A stretch of 64,000 nucleotides of DNA from Blepharisma stoltei ATCC 30299 (lineage: Eukaryota > Protista > Ciliophora): NCBI GenBank assembly GCA_965603825.1, contig CBFDEM010000014.1:248001-312000 (forward strand), read 5' to 3'. The notes beneath the pieces are model-generated. The model searched no databases. It was not told the DNA's origin and was given only the letters and a program-made list of their open reading frames with translations. Position 1 is the stretch's first letter, and each line of letters opens with the position of its first letter. Below, one piece after another: positions 37,559 through 49,080 of this stretch. A program made the translations under genes and the position numbers.

Positions 37559-37568
37559 TTTTATTATA

Positions 37569-37737
37569 CACGTGTTATTTAAGTATGCAATTTAACATGG
37601 GAAAAAGGGAGAAACTATTTTTTTCTATTTATAAGCTGTTTGAAGCAGAAAATTAAAGTAAAACAATTGTAAAGGAATTTTCGAAAAGGCTGAGCTTTTC
37701 CAGAATTTATTTAATTGGAAAAGAATTTTTCTAGAAT
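37569..37737. promoter_or_regulatory. Candidate stress-response elements upstream of BiP (CACGTG plus inverted nGAAn pairs)
   Basis: CACGTG 37569-37574; GAAttTTC 37675-37682; TTCcaGAA 37698-37705; TTCtaGAA 37729-37736. Confidence 0.35.
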
Positions 37738-37878
37738 TAATTACCAAGAGGTAAATTAGAAGTAAAATAAATTTTACTTATAATAGTATCTTATTATGTG
37801 ATTTGCAATCAAAGGCTTATAATATTGTTTGTTTTAAATTCATAATTTCCTATTAATAGAAATTGAGTAAATAATTCA

Positions 37879-38694
37879 TTACTCTTCATAAAAAATTCGA
37901 GCATAACAATACCCAAACCTCGCACCATAATGGCCTGCTCACCATTTAGTATCTTTTCCACTAAAAGAAACAATTGCATACTTTTTGCCAGGCTTAATAT
38001 TAACTCTCAGTTTGTAATGCTTGTACGGATACAAATCTCCAAAACTGTCAGAGGGGTGTGCGAAATCGTTTAATGAAGTCAATTGACTATAAGATTGTAT
38101 TACTCCAGTGCCTGGAATATCATTCTCTTCAATATGCCAAGAATCTAATCGATTATGATCATAATCATAAAAAATTACCTCAATTTTAATATCAGCTCCA
38201 CAATCAACTCTTCTAGCTATATAAGCTCCTAATAGGAGAAATCTTTTCTTGTTCGATTCAGGAAGATCTATTGTTTGGTTAAGAGTGGACCAGCCATAAG
38301 AGCTAACAAAAACAGTTTTATTGTCTTTATAGCATCCCCAGTTTTCTATGCTCCAGCCATTTCCGCCATCGATTCTCTCTCAATGATCAAATCTTTGACT
38401 TCCGCAGGGATTTTTAATTAAATTGTTAGAATATTTGATACAGTTGAATAAATCTTCGCACGAATTGAATGGCTGCCATTCCAAAAATGCAGAAAGTTTG
38501 GTTTTAACATCAGTGCTACTAGCGCTAATATCAGCTATAATTTTTGCAATGGATACAGAAAGATAGGCATAGAACTCTTGATTTGGCAAATGGTTCAAAA
38601 AATAATGATTTAAGCATAATAAATTTAGTGAATCTGAAATCTCTAAAAACTCTGAAGCTCTTCTGAAGATCACAATCAAATCTTTATTGTTCAT
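37879..38694 (-). CDS. F-box-associated (FBA) glycan-binding protein, FBXO2/FBXO6-like (271 aa; 2 UGA-Trp)
   Basis: NNLIKNPCG..FDHW, FVSSYGW, RRVDCG and GKDTKWWAGHYGARF (second W=TGA 37939); degenerate N-terminal F-box. Confidence 0.85.
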
Positions 38695-39007
38695 CTTTAA
38701 TAAATTAGATGTGAAGCAATTTTATGCGGAAGAATGGTTTTAGGGCGTTTTCTGATCAAGAAACGTCGTGAAATTCTAAAAATATACTATACTTATAAAA
38801 ATAATTGATATTCAATAAAATTGAATAAATCAAATTCAAAGACAGCTTAGAACGATAAATTTCCTATGGAAATTTTTAAAATTAATACTTATTTAATAAA
38901 TTAACAAAAATGCTTTACTCTTGTCTGCAACTATCCTACATAAAAAATTAGTAATATTCAATCTAATAATTGAAATGCTTTTGCAGCTAATCTCGCATTT
39001 AAAAAAT

Positions 39008-39826
39008 ATGGCTGTTTGGTCAGCTTGAAATTATTTAAGTTCAACTGGAAAATTTGATCCAAAGCATCAATCATATGCTCATCCCATAGTCTCCTATCTT
39101 ATTACAATAACTAGCTGTTTTTTTCTCTTATGAAAACTCAGCGATGAAAAAGACACAAAGCCGACATCTACACAATTAAAACTGGGAATCTTTTTATTTA
39201 TATATGCTTTTATTGTTTTTATATCCCGTTGGCGACAAGATAGTAATAGATAATTAGAGCAAATCGCGATATATGACATGTTTTGGCAATGCAATGTCAG
39301 CTTAATCATTACTGCTTTAAGTTCAATTTTAGGAAGAATAGATATTATGTGTGCTGGAGCTGCAGCAGTTGCGCTTGACCAAACGCTTTATTGGCTAGAT
39401 GCTATCAGCTTTTTACTGACTGGAAAATTTAAATTAGGAGTAGCTAGATATTTGACGTGGAAAGAAACGACATGAACAAAAGTGCTGACTGCAACTCATC
39501 ATTTATGATTTATTCCTCTCACACTTTTAGCAGCAGAAGAAATGCCTTGGAGGTCGTTTCCGATGTCTGTATGAATGGTTATATTAGTCACAAATATGAG
39601 CAGACTTTGCATCCCTTTCGAAATTCCTTTTAAAACACAAATGAAATATATGAACGTAAATTGTGTGCATGAATGCTGGAAAGATATAAAGTTCCCACTT
39701 TTTCACATATTTGACCATAAGGGGTGGCTTGGAGCATTTGTGCTGCTAAATTTTAACTGGAATGGTGGGAATTTTGTTGGGTTTTTGATTTATAAGTTTA
39801 TTGCAGATTTTGCTTATGGAAGTTAA
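39008..39826 (+). CDS. Multi-pass membrane protein with FWQCN / HHLW / NVN motifs; 1 intron, 5 UGA-Trp
   Basis: TGA at 39026, 39131, 39473, 39506, 39572 plus intron 39243-39257 give one continuous hydrophobic ORF. Confidence 0.75.
39243..39257 (+). other. 15-nt intron GTAATAGATAATTAG
   Basis: Consensus match; removes an in-frame TAA. Confidence 0.85.
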
Positions 39827-39887
39827 ATAACAAGTTCAATAATAAAATCAATAAGATTAAAAATATTTAATTACTGCTAGAATTAAA

Positions 39888-41081
39888 ATGATCTTTAGAA
39901 GACATTTCAGTGCTTTAAGCAGAGACTTATGGACTGGCTTTACCAAAAAGTCTGCTGGAATGACTGAAATATCAAAGTTTGAAGTGAATTTAGGAGACTC
40001 TAAACGTCTTGGTTTGTATGGTATGCCTAGAACCGACCTTGATTTCGAGAAACAAGAAGAAGAGCCTTTGCTTTTAGCAATTGCTGATTATAAGCCTTCA
40101 ATCATTCTTTTGCAGATCGATCCAATGCATTATATGAAAAGATTTCGACACATTGAACAGGAATTTGCTAAAAGAGATCCTAATAATGCTATTAATATAC
40201 AAGAGCGAGATCTTGAAAACCCAGCTCCAAATGGCTTAAATGAAATTGAAGCTGGCATGGAAGTCATTGATGTCGTTAAGATGATTGAAACAGGGAAAAA
40301 AATTGACCTTAATACTGCTCTATCAAATATTAGGGCTGTAAAAAGTGTTGATGAAATTAATGAAAAATCAGAACAATTCAAAGAATATTCAGAGGCGATC
40401 CTAGCGCACATCTTGGGAAACATGCCTATGAAGTTTCCATATATGACTCCATTGCTGGTTTTCTCTTTATATAACCAGAATGAAATAGCACTTATAGATA
40501 TGCCAGAGCCTCTATTAAGAATGCATATCGCAAATAAATACAGCTTGGAAGAGTTGACAGGAATAGCTGCACAGTTGGTTGAAGGTTTAAACGATCATTT
40601 TTCAACAAGTGAAAAAATCATTACTCTAGAAAACATTGCATATGATCAATTTCCTCAGATTTTTCAATATCCAAGAGATATATATATCGCTTCAGTCCAC
40701 AATGAATACATGAAAGAAAACGATTCAGTGGTAAGTTTTGTAAATAATCCTACATATCTGGCGCTTCCAGAAATATGAAAGGAGGCTGATAATCTTTCAT
40801 TTAAAGAGGCTTGTCAAATTCCACCTAAAATCCCCGAAGATACCAATGAAATTTTAATAGAGAAGCATGCTTTGCTTGATGTTATTCTTGAAACAAACAT
40901 TTGGGCTTCCAAGTATACAAAAAACCCATTTCCATATATTGGTCTAAAATCAGAAATAACGCCTGAAGATAAACAAAAATACAAAGAAATCTTCAAGCAG
41001 AAATATTTCCAATATCAGCAGTTTGTTGAAGATAGGCTAAGGCTTCCAGATTCAATAAAAAAACTAATAAACAAAGTTTAG
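39888..41081 (+). CDS. Probable mitochondrial protein, divergent TraB-like (397 aa; 1 UGA-Trp)
   Basis: Presequence MIFRRHFSALSR; KPSIILLQID, PRDIYIA and VVSFV..EIW weakly parallel TraB motifs; TGA 40776. Confidence 0.6.
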
Positions 41082-41138
41082 GCTTTTAAATTACTAATAA
41101 TTTGATTATAATCTCAAGAAGGCTCAATAGCCAACAGC

Positions 41139-42182
41139 ATGAAAAAATATCCTTTGAAAATCTTGGTTGAGAAGCAGAATGATCATTGTAATAAGCTTTT
41201 TGATCAGCTGAACAATTTGATGAACGAAATTGATGATAGGAGAATACAATTGAGACAGCTGGATTTGAACATCAGATCTTTATCAGTGAATTTATTTCAA
41301 GCTAATTTAGAAATTGGGAATTTGACTAACGATTTGGAATCAGTAAACCAAAACACGGTATATGAAAAAGAAAAACTTAGCAATCTAACACACCAGTGCC
41401 AAGCTGCAAAATTGCATATCAAAAATCTCAAAGAAAATTATAATCAAGCTATTGGTGAAGTAGAGAATAATGAAAAAATCCTAGCTGAGGCACAAGAAAC
41501 TCTGAGAAATATAAAATCAAAGCATTCTATTTTGAGATCCAATAGTATTTCTGAGCTATCTGAATTAGAGGAAAATTCTGAAAGAATTAAGAAAAAGCTG
41601 CTGGATAACAAATTTTCAGGGAACAACAAAGACCTTGCAATGGATATTTACGATTTGATAAAAAGGAAAATAAAAGAAGCAATAAAGCCAAAAAACAATT
41701 TGGAAAAAAAAATCGAACAAATTGAAGAAAAAATCATAGAAAAGGAGCACAAAATCATTGAAGATAGAATAGATTATACTGATAAAATTTCAAGAGCTCA
41801 AGAGCTTATTAGGGAGAGAAAAGATTTCTCGAAAAAATGTGGAATGGATTGGAACGAAGTTCTTGAGAAAAAGAAAATGTTTAAATTAAAGCTAAAAGAA
41901 GAAATTGAGCAAAAAATTAAAACAATTCAAGCTAGTATACAAAAGTATAAAGCAGAGCCTGAATTATTTGATATTTTGAAGAAAAAAAGAGAGGTAATTA
42001 TTATTTAGAATTTAGCTTCCGAATTAGAATTACTATATATTAAGATAGAAGAGGAAAAGAAGGTAAGAGTAAATATAACAAACAAAAGAAAGAAACTAAA
42101 ACGAGACATTGAAGATATCGAAATACAAATTGGGACTGCCAGGATGAACTTATACGTTGGCAATCACTTTAAAAGGCTATAG
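41139..42182 (+). CDS. Uncharacterised coiled-coil protein; 1 intron
   Basis: Heptad-rich ORF; removal of intron 41994-42008 extends it to TAG 42180-42182. Confidence 0.7.
41994..42008 (+). other. 15-nt intron GTAATTATTATTTAG
   Basis: Consensus match; the coiled-coil frame continues for 57 codons after removal. Confidence 0.8.
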
Positions 42183-42364
42183 CAAACTGAAAATGCATAA
42201 TTAATTATTAAGATTGATATTTTTCATATGAAAAATGGTTTCAGTAAACCATATTAAACTATTAATATCAACCTCCCATCTTACTATTTTTGTTATATGT
42301 GTTTTACAAAATTTACAACCCTATCCAAGGCTTATTTGTTCGAATTGATGATGATCCTCATTTC

Positions 42365-42940
42365 TTAGATCATATTAAAGAAAGAACTGTATATTGAAGT
42401 TCTATATAAAATTTGGTTCAGTCTTTCTTCACGCTCTCTGGCATTCAAAAGCTCCACCACAAGTCGCTGATTCATTTCGCAGGTCTCCCTGTACTTCTTT
42501 TCGAGCGTATCTATAGTATTTTGCAATTCAATTTGGCTTGCTTCGAGGGCTTGACATTTTTCAATAAGTGGCTCTGATGCTTGCTGCACAATTCTGGGGA
42601 TTGGTGGAGGATAAAACTCAGAAGTTTTCCTGTGGATTTGGCCTAAAAGGCTTTTCTTACCTTTTACGAAGTATGGATGACTAAAAATATGCTCGTCACC
42701 CGAGTCGCGAATTTTATGAAAATCATACATATTAAGCTGTCGAATAAAACTAGCCAGGTTCTTGTGCTTGAAATATAAAGGGAGCACCTGATTCGCAAAG
42801 TCCCCTTGATTTTTGATTATAAAAGATTTCCCATCATCGCTTCAACTGACTATTTCCTGGAACTCATGTAAACCCAATAAATCAAATGTTTTTGACAAAA
42901 AGGATGTCGGCCGGGCCGACTTGGAACGCTTTCGCTTCAT
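42365..42940 (-). CDS. HSF: Heat-shock-factor (HSF) DNA-binding protein (191 aa; 1 UGA-Trp)
   Basis: SFLSKTFDLL..IVSWSDDGKSFII (W=TGA 42842)..LPLYFKHKNLASFIRQLNMYDFHK, followed by a short HR-A/B coil. Confidence 0.92.
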
Positions 42941-44469
42941 CATATAATTATATGATTAAGTCTTTGAAATGTTCCATATTGTTCTAGAATATACTTTATT
43001 ATGTTTAAAAATTATGATGACAGCCAAGGAGGTTCTTGAGCTTCTGGCTGCTAATAAGCACCATTGAGCTAAGTCTTTATTACATTAGAAGATTATTAAG
43101 CATTTTTAAAGTATTAAATATGAGATTTAAATTTCGTCATATTGACTATCAAGAAATAGTTCTAAGAAAAGAAATGTCGGCTACAAGGATGTTGACGTCT
43201 GAAATAGATAAAAAATACTTAAGTGTGATGCAATATTCTTTTTGATTGAGCATTTAGAACTTTTAAGGTTCAATTTATATAATAATCACTTTCTGATAAT
43301 TTTCTCAGAAATCAGAGAAATACGTCTACAGGTAATTAATTTATTTAATTTGTTGACTTCTAATGATTATTTTGGAATAATTTTAAAGGGAATCAATTTT
43401 AATTATTTGTTGGTCCATTTATTTGGTTTCATATTTCTCTCTATAGGATTTTGGATTAAAAATGGTTCAAATGAATAAATCAAAGAGATTATGCAAGAAG
43501 GAGGTATAACGAGCTTAGTTTGATATTTTATAGAATCAAATAATTTGCATTTTTATATATGCAAATTGTTCTAGAAGATATAATTTTACTAGTTGAAACA
43601 TTTTAAAAAATTTATTATTCAAAAAATTACTGATGTACTCAACAGATATTTTCATTCTTTTTCGACAGACAATATCACTATTAAACAAAGAAGACCTGAT
43701 ATAAAATCTTTACCAAACTAATTAATAACTCAAATAGAAATAATGCTAATTCTCAAATAATAGTTGAGAAATATCAGGAAAATTTTATAAATGATCGAAA
43801 GAAATTATTATATATTATATTTTCTTAAAAAGTGTTTATGCCTTTAGTAAAGACTCAAATTCATGGGTTAAGATATTAGAATCAATAAAGAAAGAATGAG
43901 ATTTCGATAAGTGTAAATAAAAATGATGCTTATTGTTAAAATTCAATAAGAATTTCATGATTACTATTAAAACATATTGCAATTAGAAAAATGATAATTG
44001 TTTTAAGTCTGCCCTGCTGGTAATAAATTAATTGATAATTGATTTTGAAAAACCTAATTTAAAATAATGGCATTTTACTCATAGAATTAAAAAAATAGCA
44101 AGCACAAAAAAGGATTCTAGTAATAAATAATATTCTAAATAAAAGATGACTTCTAAGCTATTAAAGAGCTTCTGAAGGATTCTAGTTGATTTTCAATGGT
44201 ATCATTTCTTAGAGTTACACAGTCTGATAAAACTTTATAAATTATATTTACTAATTACCTTTTAATAATTTATATAAAAAGATAGCTTATAGTTTTTCTT
44301 AGCTCATTTTAACTTTTATTCTATTATTTAAATCAATCTATTTGGAAACTTTAATTTTATACGTTGCATCAACTAAATATTTGATTTTAATTTATAATTG
44401 CCACGAGTACAAGAAAGTTTAAAGCATTATAGTAAAATTCCATTTTCCTTAATAAATAGTAGTCGTTTA

Positions 44470-45294
44470 ATGTGGTTTTACCTTTTATTAACTATAGCTC
44501 TTGGAGATGACTGTGATGGGCAACTTCAATCTCCAATCGATGTTCGATCTCCCTTCTCATATTACGATCCAGAAATTGATTTTTACTTAGGATCTCAAGA
44601 CGGTGCAATTTTATACCACGATGGAAGCACTCTCAGAATCGATGGAGATTTTGGAGGATTCTTATGGGCAAACTCCTACTTCTGGTCAACTGGGATTATT
44701 TTCAGAAGTCCTAGTGAGCATCAAGTAGAAGGTTCTTACATGCCTATGGAAATGCAAATCTTTTTCCGAGATCAATACAACTATCAATCAGTTATCTCCG
44801 CATTTTTCACAAATTCCTCCCAAAGCAATTTTTTAAACGAAATCGGGTTTGGAAACCCTCAACTTAGAGACGCAGAAGCAGGATCTTTATTCAAAATTTC
44901 AAGCCCAGTAGATGTTGGGTCTTTCCTTGGCGATATCGATACATACCTGTACTACGAAGGAAGCACGACTCTAAGTCCTTGTGTTCCTAACGTGACCTGG
45001 ATAGTTCTTACAGACACATATAAAGTCTCACAAGAGCAATTAGGGAATTTTCCAACCAGTTTGAGAGGACAAAATAGAGAAATTCAAGCTACTGAAGGAA
45101 GGACAATTTTTTCGAATTTTGAAGATATTGAGACTGCAAGTGGAGAGTCTGGGAGCTCAAGTGGGGATGATGATACAGTTACTGAAGATATCAGCAGCGG
45201 AGAAGGGTATAAAGATGTGAATGACGACTTTATTGTGGAAAATGAATCGTATAAAGAAGATTTCCCAGAAGTGGATAGCATATATACATCTTAA
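44470..45294 (+). CDS. Secreted carbonic-anhydrase-related protein lacking the zinc ligands, with acidic tail
   Basis: QSPID, SPSEH and YEGSTTLSPC..VTW present, but IIFR replaces FHFH and EMQ replaces EMH; signal peptide MWFYLLLTIALG. Confidence 0.82.
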   Translation: MWFYLLLTIALGDDCDGQLQSPIDVRSPFSYYDPEIDFYLGSQDGAILYHDGSTLRIDGDFGGFLWANSYFWSTGIIFRSPSEHQVEGSYMPMEMQIFFRDQYNYQSVISAFFTNSSQSNFLNEIGFGNPQLRDAEAGSLFKISSPVDVGSFLGDIDTYLYYEGSTTLSPCVPNVTWIVLTDTYKVSQEQLGNFPTSLRGQNREIQATEGRTIFSNFEDIETASGESGSSSGDDDTVTEDISSGEGYKDVNDDFIVENESYKEDFPEVDSIYTS

Positions 45295-45367
45295 TTCATT
45301 GAAATTAATAAAAGCTGGGTAATAAAATATAACGCGCAAATTTATAAAGTAATTACAAATTATTAAA

Positions 45368-45826
45368 ATGGATAATCAGCAATTTGCGAAGTTTCTTGAA
45401 GAAAGGCTTTATCCAGATCTTTATGCAGCAATTCATCAAAGAGACCAGATGACTGAAAAATTAATTGATTAGTAATTAAAACTCAGCAATGAACTTCGGT
45501 TTATTATTCTACACATAAAAGAGCAAGATCTATCAAAAATCACTACAAAGATTAATATTGGATGTGAGTTTTATGTAAAAGCAAAAGCAGATATTGATTT
45601 AATTTCTGTTGAAACTGGAATTCCAGGACTTTATATTGAGTTAAAACCAGATGAAGCGCTAGAATATATAGACAAAAGAGAAGTTATAATCAAAGAAAAA
45701 CTAGAAAGATATTCAGATGCAGCCATACAGATTCAGCAGCATATAGATGCTTTTTCACAGGCTTTAAGGGTCCTAGGCAATAATAATCCACAAGAAGTCG
45801 AGATCCGAGAAGACCTTAATTCATAA
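45368..45826 (+). CDS. UXT: Prefoldin alpha-like subunit UXT (147 aa; 1 intron; missing from the ORF track)
   Basis: FLEERLYPDL..RDQM..YNELRFII..KINIGCEFYVKA..GLYIELKPDEALEYIDKR parallels UXT. Confidence 0.82.
45472..45486 (+). other. 15-nt intron GTAATTAAAACTCAG (CAG acceptor)
   Basis: Removal deletes TAG/TAA and restores the conserved Tyr (TA|C). Confidence 0.85.
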
Positions 45827-45853
45827 AAAGATTTTATTAAATTTACTAAAATA

Positions 45854-47476
45854 TTAAATCTTTGGGGTTACATTTAATTTACAAGGAATAAAGGCTTCTT
45901 GATTGGACCTTGACTCATGGGAAGCTGGGCGAATATTAAACCTACCTGAAATTAAAGCACTGTATATATTCATATCAATCTCTTCGGCGCTAGATAAACC
46001 TCTAAATGGTGAATGATATAAAGAGCTCGTTTGAGACTCATTTGTGGACTGTTTTGAGTATGGAGAAGTGTCATGCAAAGACTCCTGATTTGATGTAAAA
46101 ATACTTGTGCATATTGGCTTTATTGAGGGTTTTAGCTTTTTTTCATGCTTACGAGGGGCATAAGCGCATGGAATATTTGTGGTTGGCCACGGAACTTCGC
46201 TGCTGAAAATATTGGACCGTTGATGAGATCTAGATGAATTTTCGTGCACTTTTTGGGGAGGTGCCTGAAATTTGACAGAGCCTTCAGTGTTTCCCTGAAT
46301 ATATCTTACATCTTTAAAGAACTGGTGCTCTCTTGCTTCTGTTGGCTTAATTCTTTCATCTGGATTATATTTAAGCATTTTCCCTAATAAATCAAGAAAG
46401 TTTTTGTATTTTTCTGTATCTTTTTGAATGTTTTCCATCCCAATTGCTTCAGCTAGAGATCTTGGATATTTTTTATTTAAATCTTTATGAATAGGAGGAG
46501 TTTTCAGCTTAAAGGGCATCCTTGATGCATCAAAGTATTTTTTAATCCTCGAGCTTCTAATTAGCATTGTAATTGGTGGGTCTCCAAGTATTTCAACGAT
46601 TTTTGCCTAAATATCATTTACCATCTGATCTGTTTCGCTGTGTCCATAAAATAAAGGTCTTCCTATTAATAATTCTGCAATGATACATCCTACACTTCAC
46701 ATATCAATCGGATGCCCATAATCTCTTCCTAATAGAACTTCTGGGGCTCTATAATACATACTTTGGACATATTTGTAATACTGCCTTCCTTCTTCACAGG
46801 AGCTTCCAAAGTCCACAAGTTTTATACCAATTCTTTCTGGGTGTTTAAGCATGATATTTTCTGGCTTCAAATCGCAGTGCACAATTTTTAAATTTCCTTT
46901 GGAAAGTAAACACAAAGCCATTATCAACTGCCAAGCAAACTGCCTTACAGTTGATAAATCAAGGCCTTTAAAATTAGTATCTCTTAACAGCTGAAATAAA
47001 GTTTTTGACAAATATTCAAAAACGATACATGTGTGGCCATTTCATTCGAAATAATCAAGCATTCTTACAATGTAGCCTTTTTCCTGATCATACTCATTCA
47101 GCTTTTTCAGGGTATTTATTTCTCTCAAAACTTGTCCTCTATATGATGGCTTCTTTTTGATAATTTTTATTGCGACTTTTTCTTCACGAAGTTTGTCATA
47201 AGCTTCTACAACGTTTCCAAATGAGCCTTTTCCAATCATTCTAACGATTAAATATCTGCCTTCTTTAAGCTCCTCTCCTCCCTCTAGAACCTTTTTAAGC
47301 TTTTCTCTCGAAATTTTTCGATTAATGTGAGAATATATTTCTTCCAAAAAATAAGTTAGCTGTTTAAGCATTTTCTGTGAGACAGGAGAATTCAAATAGT
47401 CGCCATTTGAGTCTCCGCTTGAATTATCAATTGGAGAGATGTGGCGAGATGAATGGTTTGATATGGGAATATCCAT
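45854..47476 (-). CDS. DYRK1/Yak1-like dual-specificity kinase; 1 intron, 2 UGA-Trp
   Basis: GKGSFG, VAIK, HCDLKPEN, DFGSSC, YKY activation loop, IDMWSVGC (W=TGA 46697), DQM|AKIVEILG across intron 46607-46621. Confidence 0.9.
46607..46621 (-). other. 15-nt intron GTAAATGATATTTAG
   Basis: Removal restores the DYRK motif DQMxKIVExLG exactly. Confidence 0.92.
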
Positions 47477-47757
47477 AATTCAATATTTAATGAATTATAA
47501 CTCCCTTATGATCATTTTTTGAAATTAATTTTGAAAAAGATATAACCAAATTACGCTGAATAAACTAATAATTAATGTTAAGTGATATTAGTTAAACAAC
47601 AAGAATAGCAAAGCAATACATTGATTTAGAATTAACAGCATAGAAGATCTTTCGGATAAAGATTGCCCTTAGGTTTTACACTGTTTGATAATTTATTTGA
47701 TAAGTCCAGTAAATTTAGCTGATCATTTACAATTAAATTATTTTAGGCTAATTAGAC

Positions 47758-48078
47758 ATGGACCAACAATATAGCTCATGCAATAATGTTAGCTCAAACT
47801 CTATGGAATCTGGCAAAGCAAGCATAATTTCATTTGGAAAAATCGAGTCTAGAGCAGAGAGTTTAGATGGAGAAGAAATTTATCCGAGAAATGGATTAAG
47901 AGATGAAAAGAGTGGCTCAATGATTACACTGTTGAACTCCACAAAAGATCCTGAAATTATTAATAAAGGACGGCAAATAGAGAGTACAATGTGCACGAGC
48001 TTATGAGTTCAAAATGAGAAAAATCGAAATAGCAGGAATCCTATACATAGCAACAATTGCTGCTGCTTATTACTGTGA
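47758..48078 (+). CDS. Small protein apparently ending in CCCLLL (CaaX); the end is either TGA 48076-48078 or TAA 48100-48102
   Basis: TGA 48004 read through gives ..HSNNCCCLLL-TGA. Confidence 0.6.
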
Positions 48079-48696
48079 CACAATTTTAAATTTTTGAATT
48101 AATTCAGAATTATTTTCAAAAAGTTAGTTATCTGATATATCAGTAATCTTTATCTTTAAATAAATTAAAATTACTTATTAATAGTTTTAAGAATGGATGC
48201 TAATTTAAACTAAACAAATAGGATTAAATAAATTCTTTCAACATTTAGCAAATAAATTTTAAAAGCATGTTTGTGTATATATTTAGCCTGATTTTATTTG
48301 ATAATTGAGCTTTTTTGCATAATTGATCTACGATAATAAATCAATTACTTTATCTTCTTGAAACCTATACCGCTATTCAGTTAAAAAATTGAGTTAAATA
48401 TTAAATTGGCAATTTTTAGTTTTAAATGATAATTTCAAAGAATATATCTATTTATATTCATTTAACTCATTAAAATATAAAATTTTCCCAAATTATACTA
48501 AAATGCCTTATTGCCTTAACGCACAGAAGTGTTCATCTAGCATTCTATTGGGGAAAATGCATATAAAGAAATTGCTAGCCTATAATTCATTTTCTTTTCT
48601 TTCTGCCAATCTAAATATCATAACTTCCATTACTTAAAATGAGAAAAATGATTATCAGTTTTCTTTGATTGAATTTCTTACTAACAGATCAATAAA

Positions 48697-49080
48697 ATGG
48701 AACAAACCATCAATCCACGACGAAAACCCATGACAAGATTGAACCTCTTAGATACTCAACAACTACCGCACTTATCTTTTTGTGAGTCTCCAAAACATAT
48801 CCCAAAATTACGAATTCCTTCGTCAAATGTAAACAAAAGCGATTATTTGTCTCCTCGCTTGAGAAAACGAGCTGAAACTCAAAGTTTAGCTGACTTTTCT
48901 TTTAGTTTTGACCACCAAGATCTCAAAACTCCAAGATGTATAAAGGCAAGCCACGGAATCGAAGTTTTGCCAAGTCCTAGAGTAAATTTTACTTCAAGAG
49001 CGCATCGAAGCTCAGTGACTTTTATTAACAAGAGAGCAATTGCTACCAATTTGTTATTAGATACTTTTCCACATATGTAA
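48697..49080 (+). CDS. Uncharacterised basic SP/TP-rich protein
   Basis: 127-aa ORF that is GC-richer than its flanks; A-rich start context. Confidence 0.65.
   Translation: MEQTINPRRKPMTRLNLLDTQQLPHLSFCESPKHIPKLRIPSSNVNKSDYLSPRLRKRAETQSLADFSFSFDHQDLKTPRCIKASHGIEVLPSPRVNFTSRAHRSSVTFINKRAIATNLLLDTFPHM

Noticed and set aside
43036-43478. Two short + strand ORFs in the AT-rich gap
   Set aside because: TTG starts, Ile/Phe/Asn-biased composition, no motif
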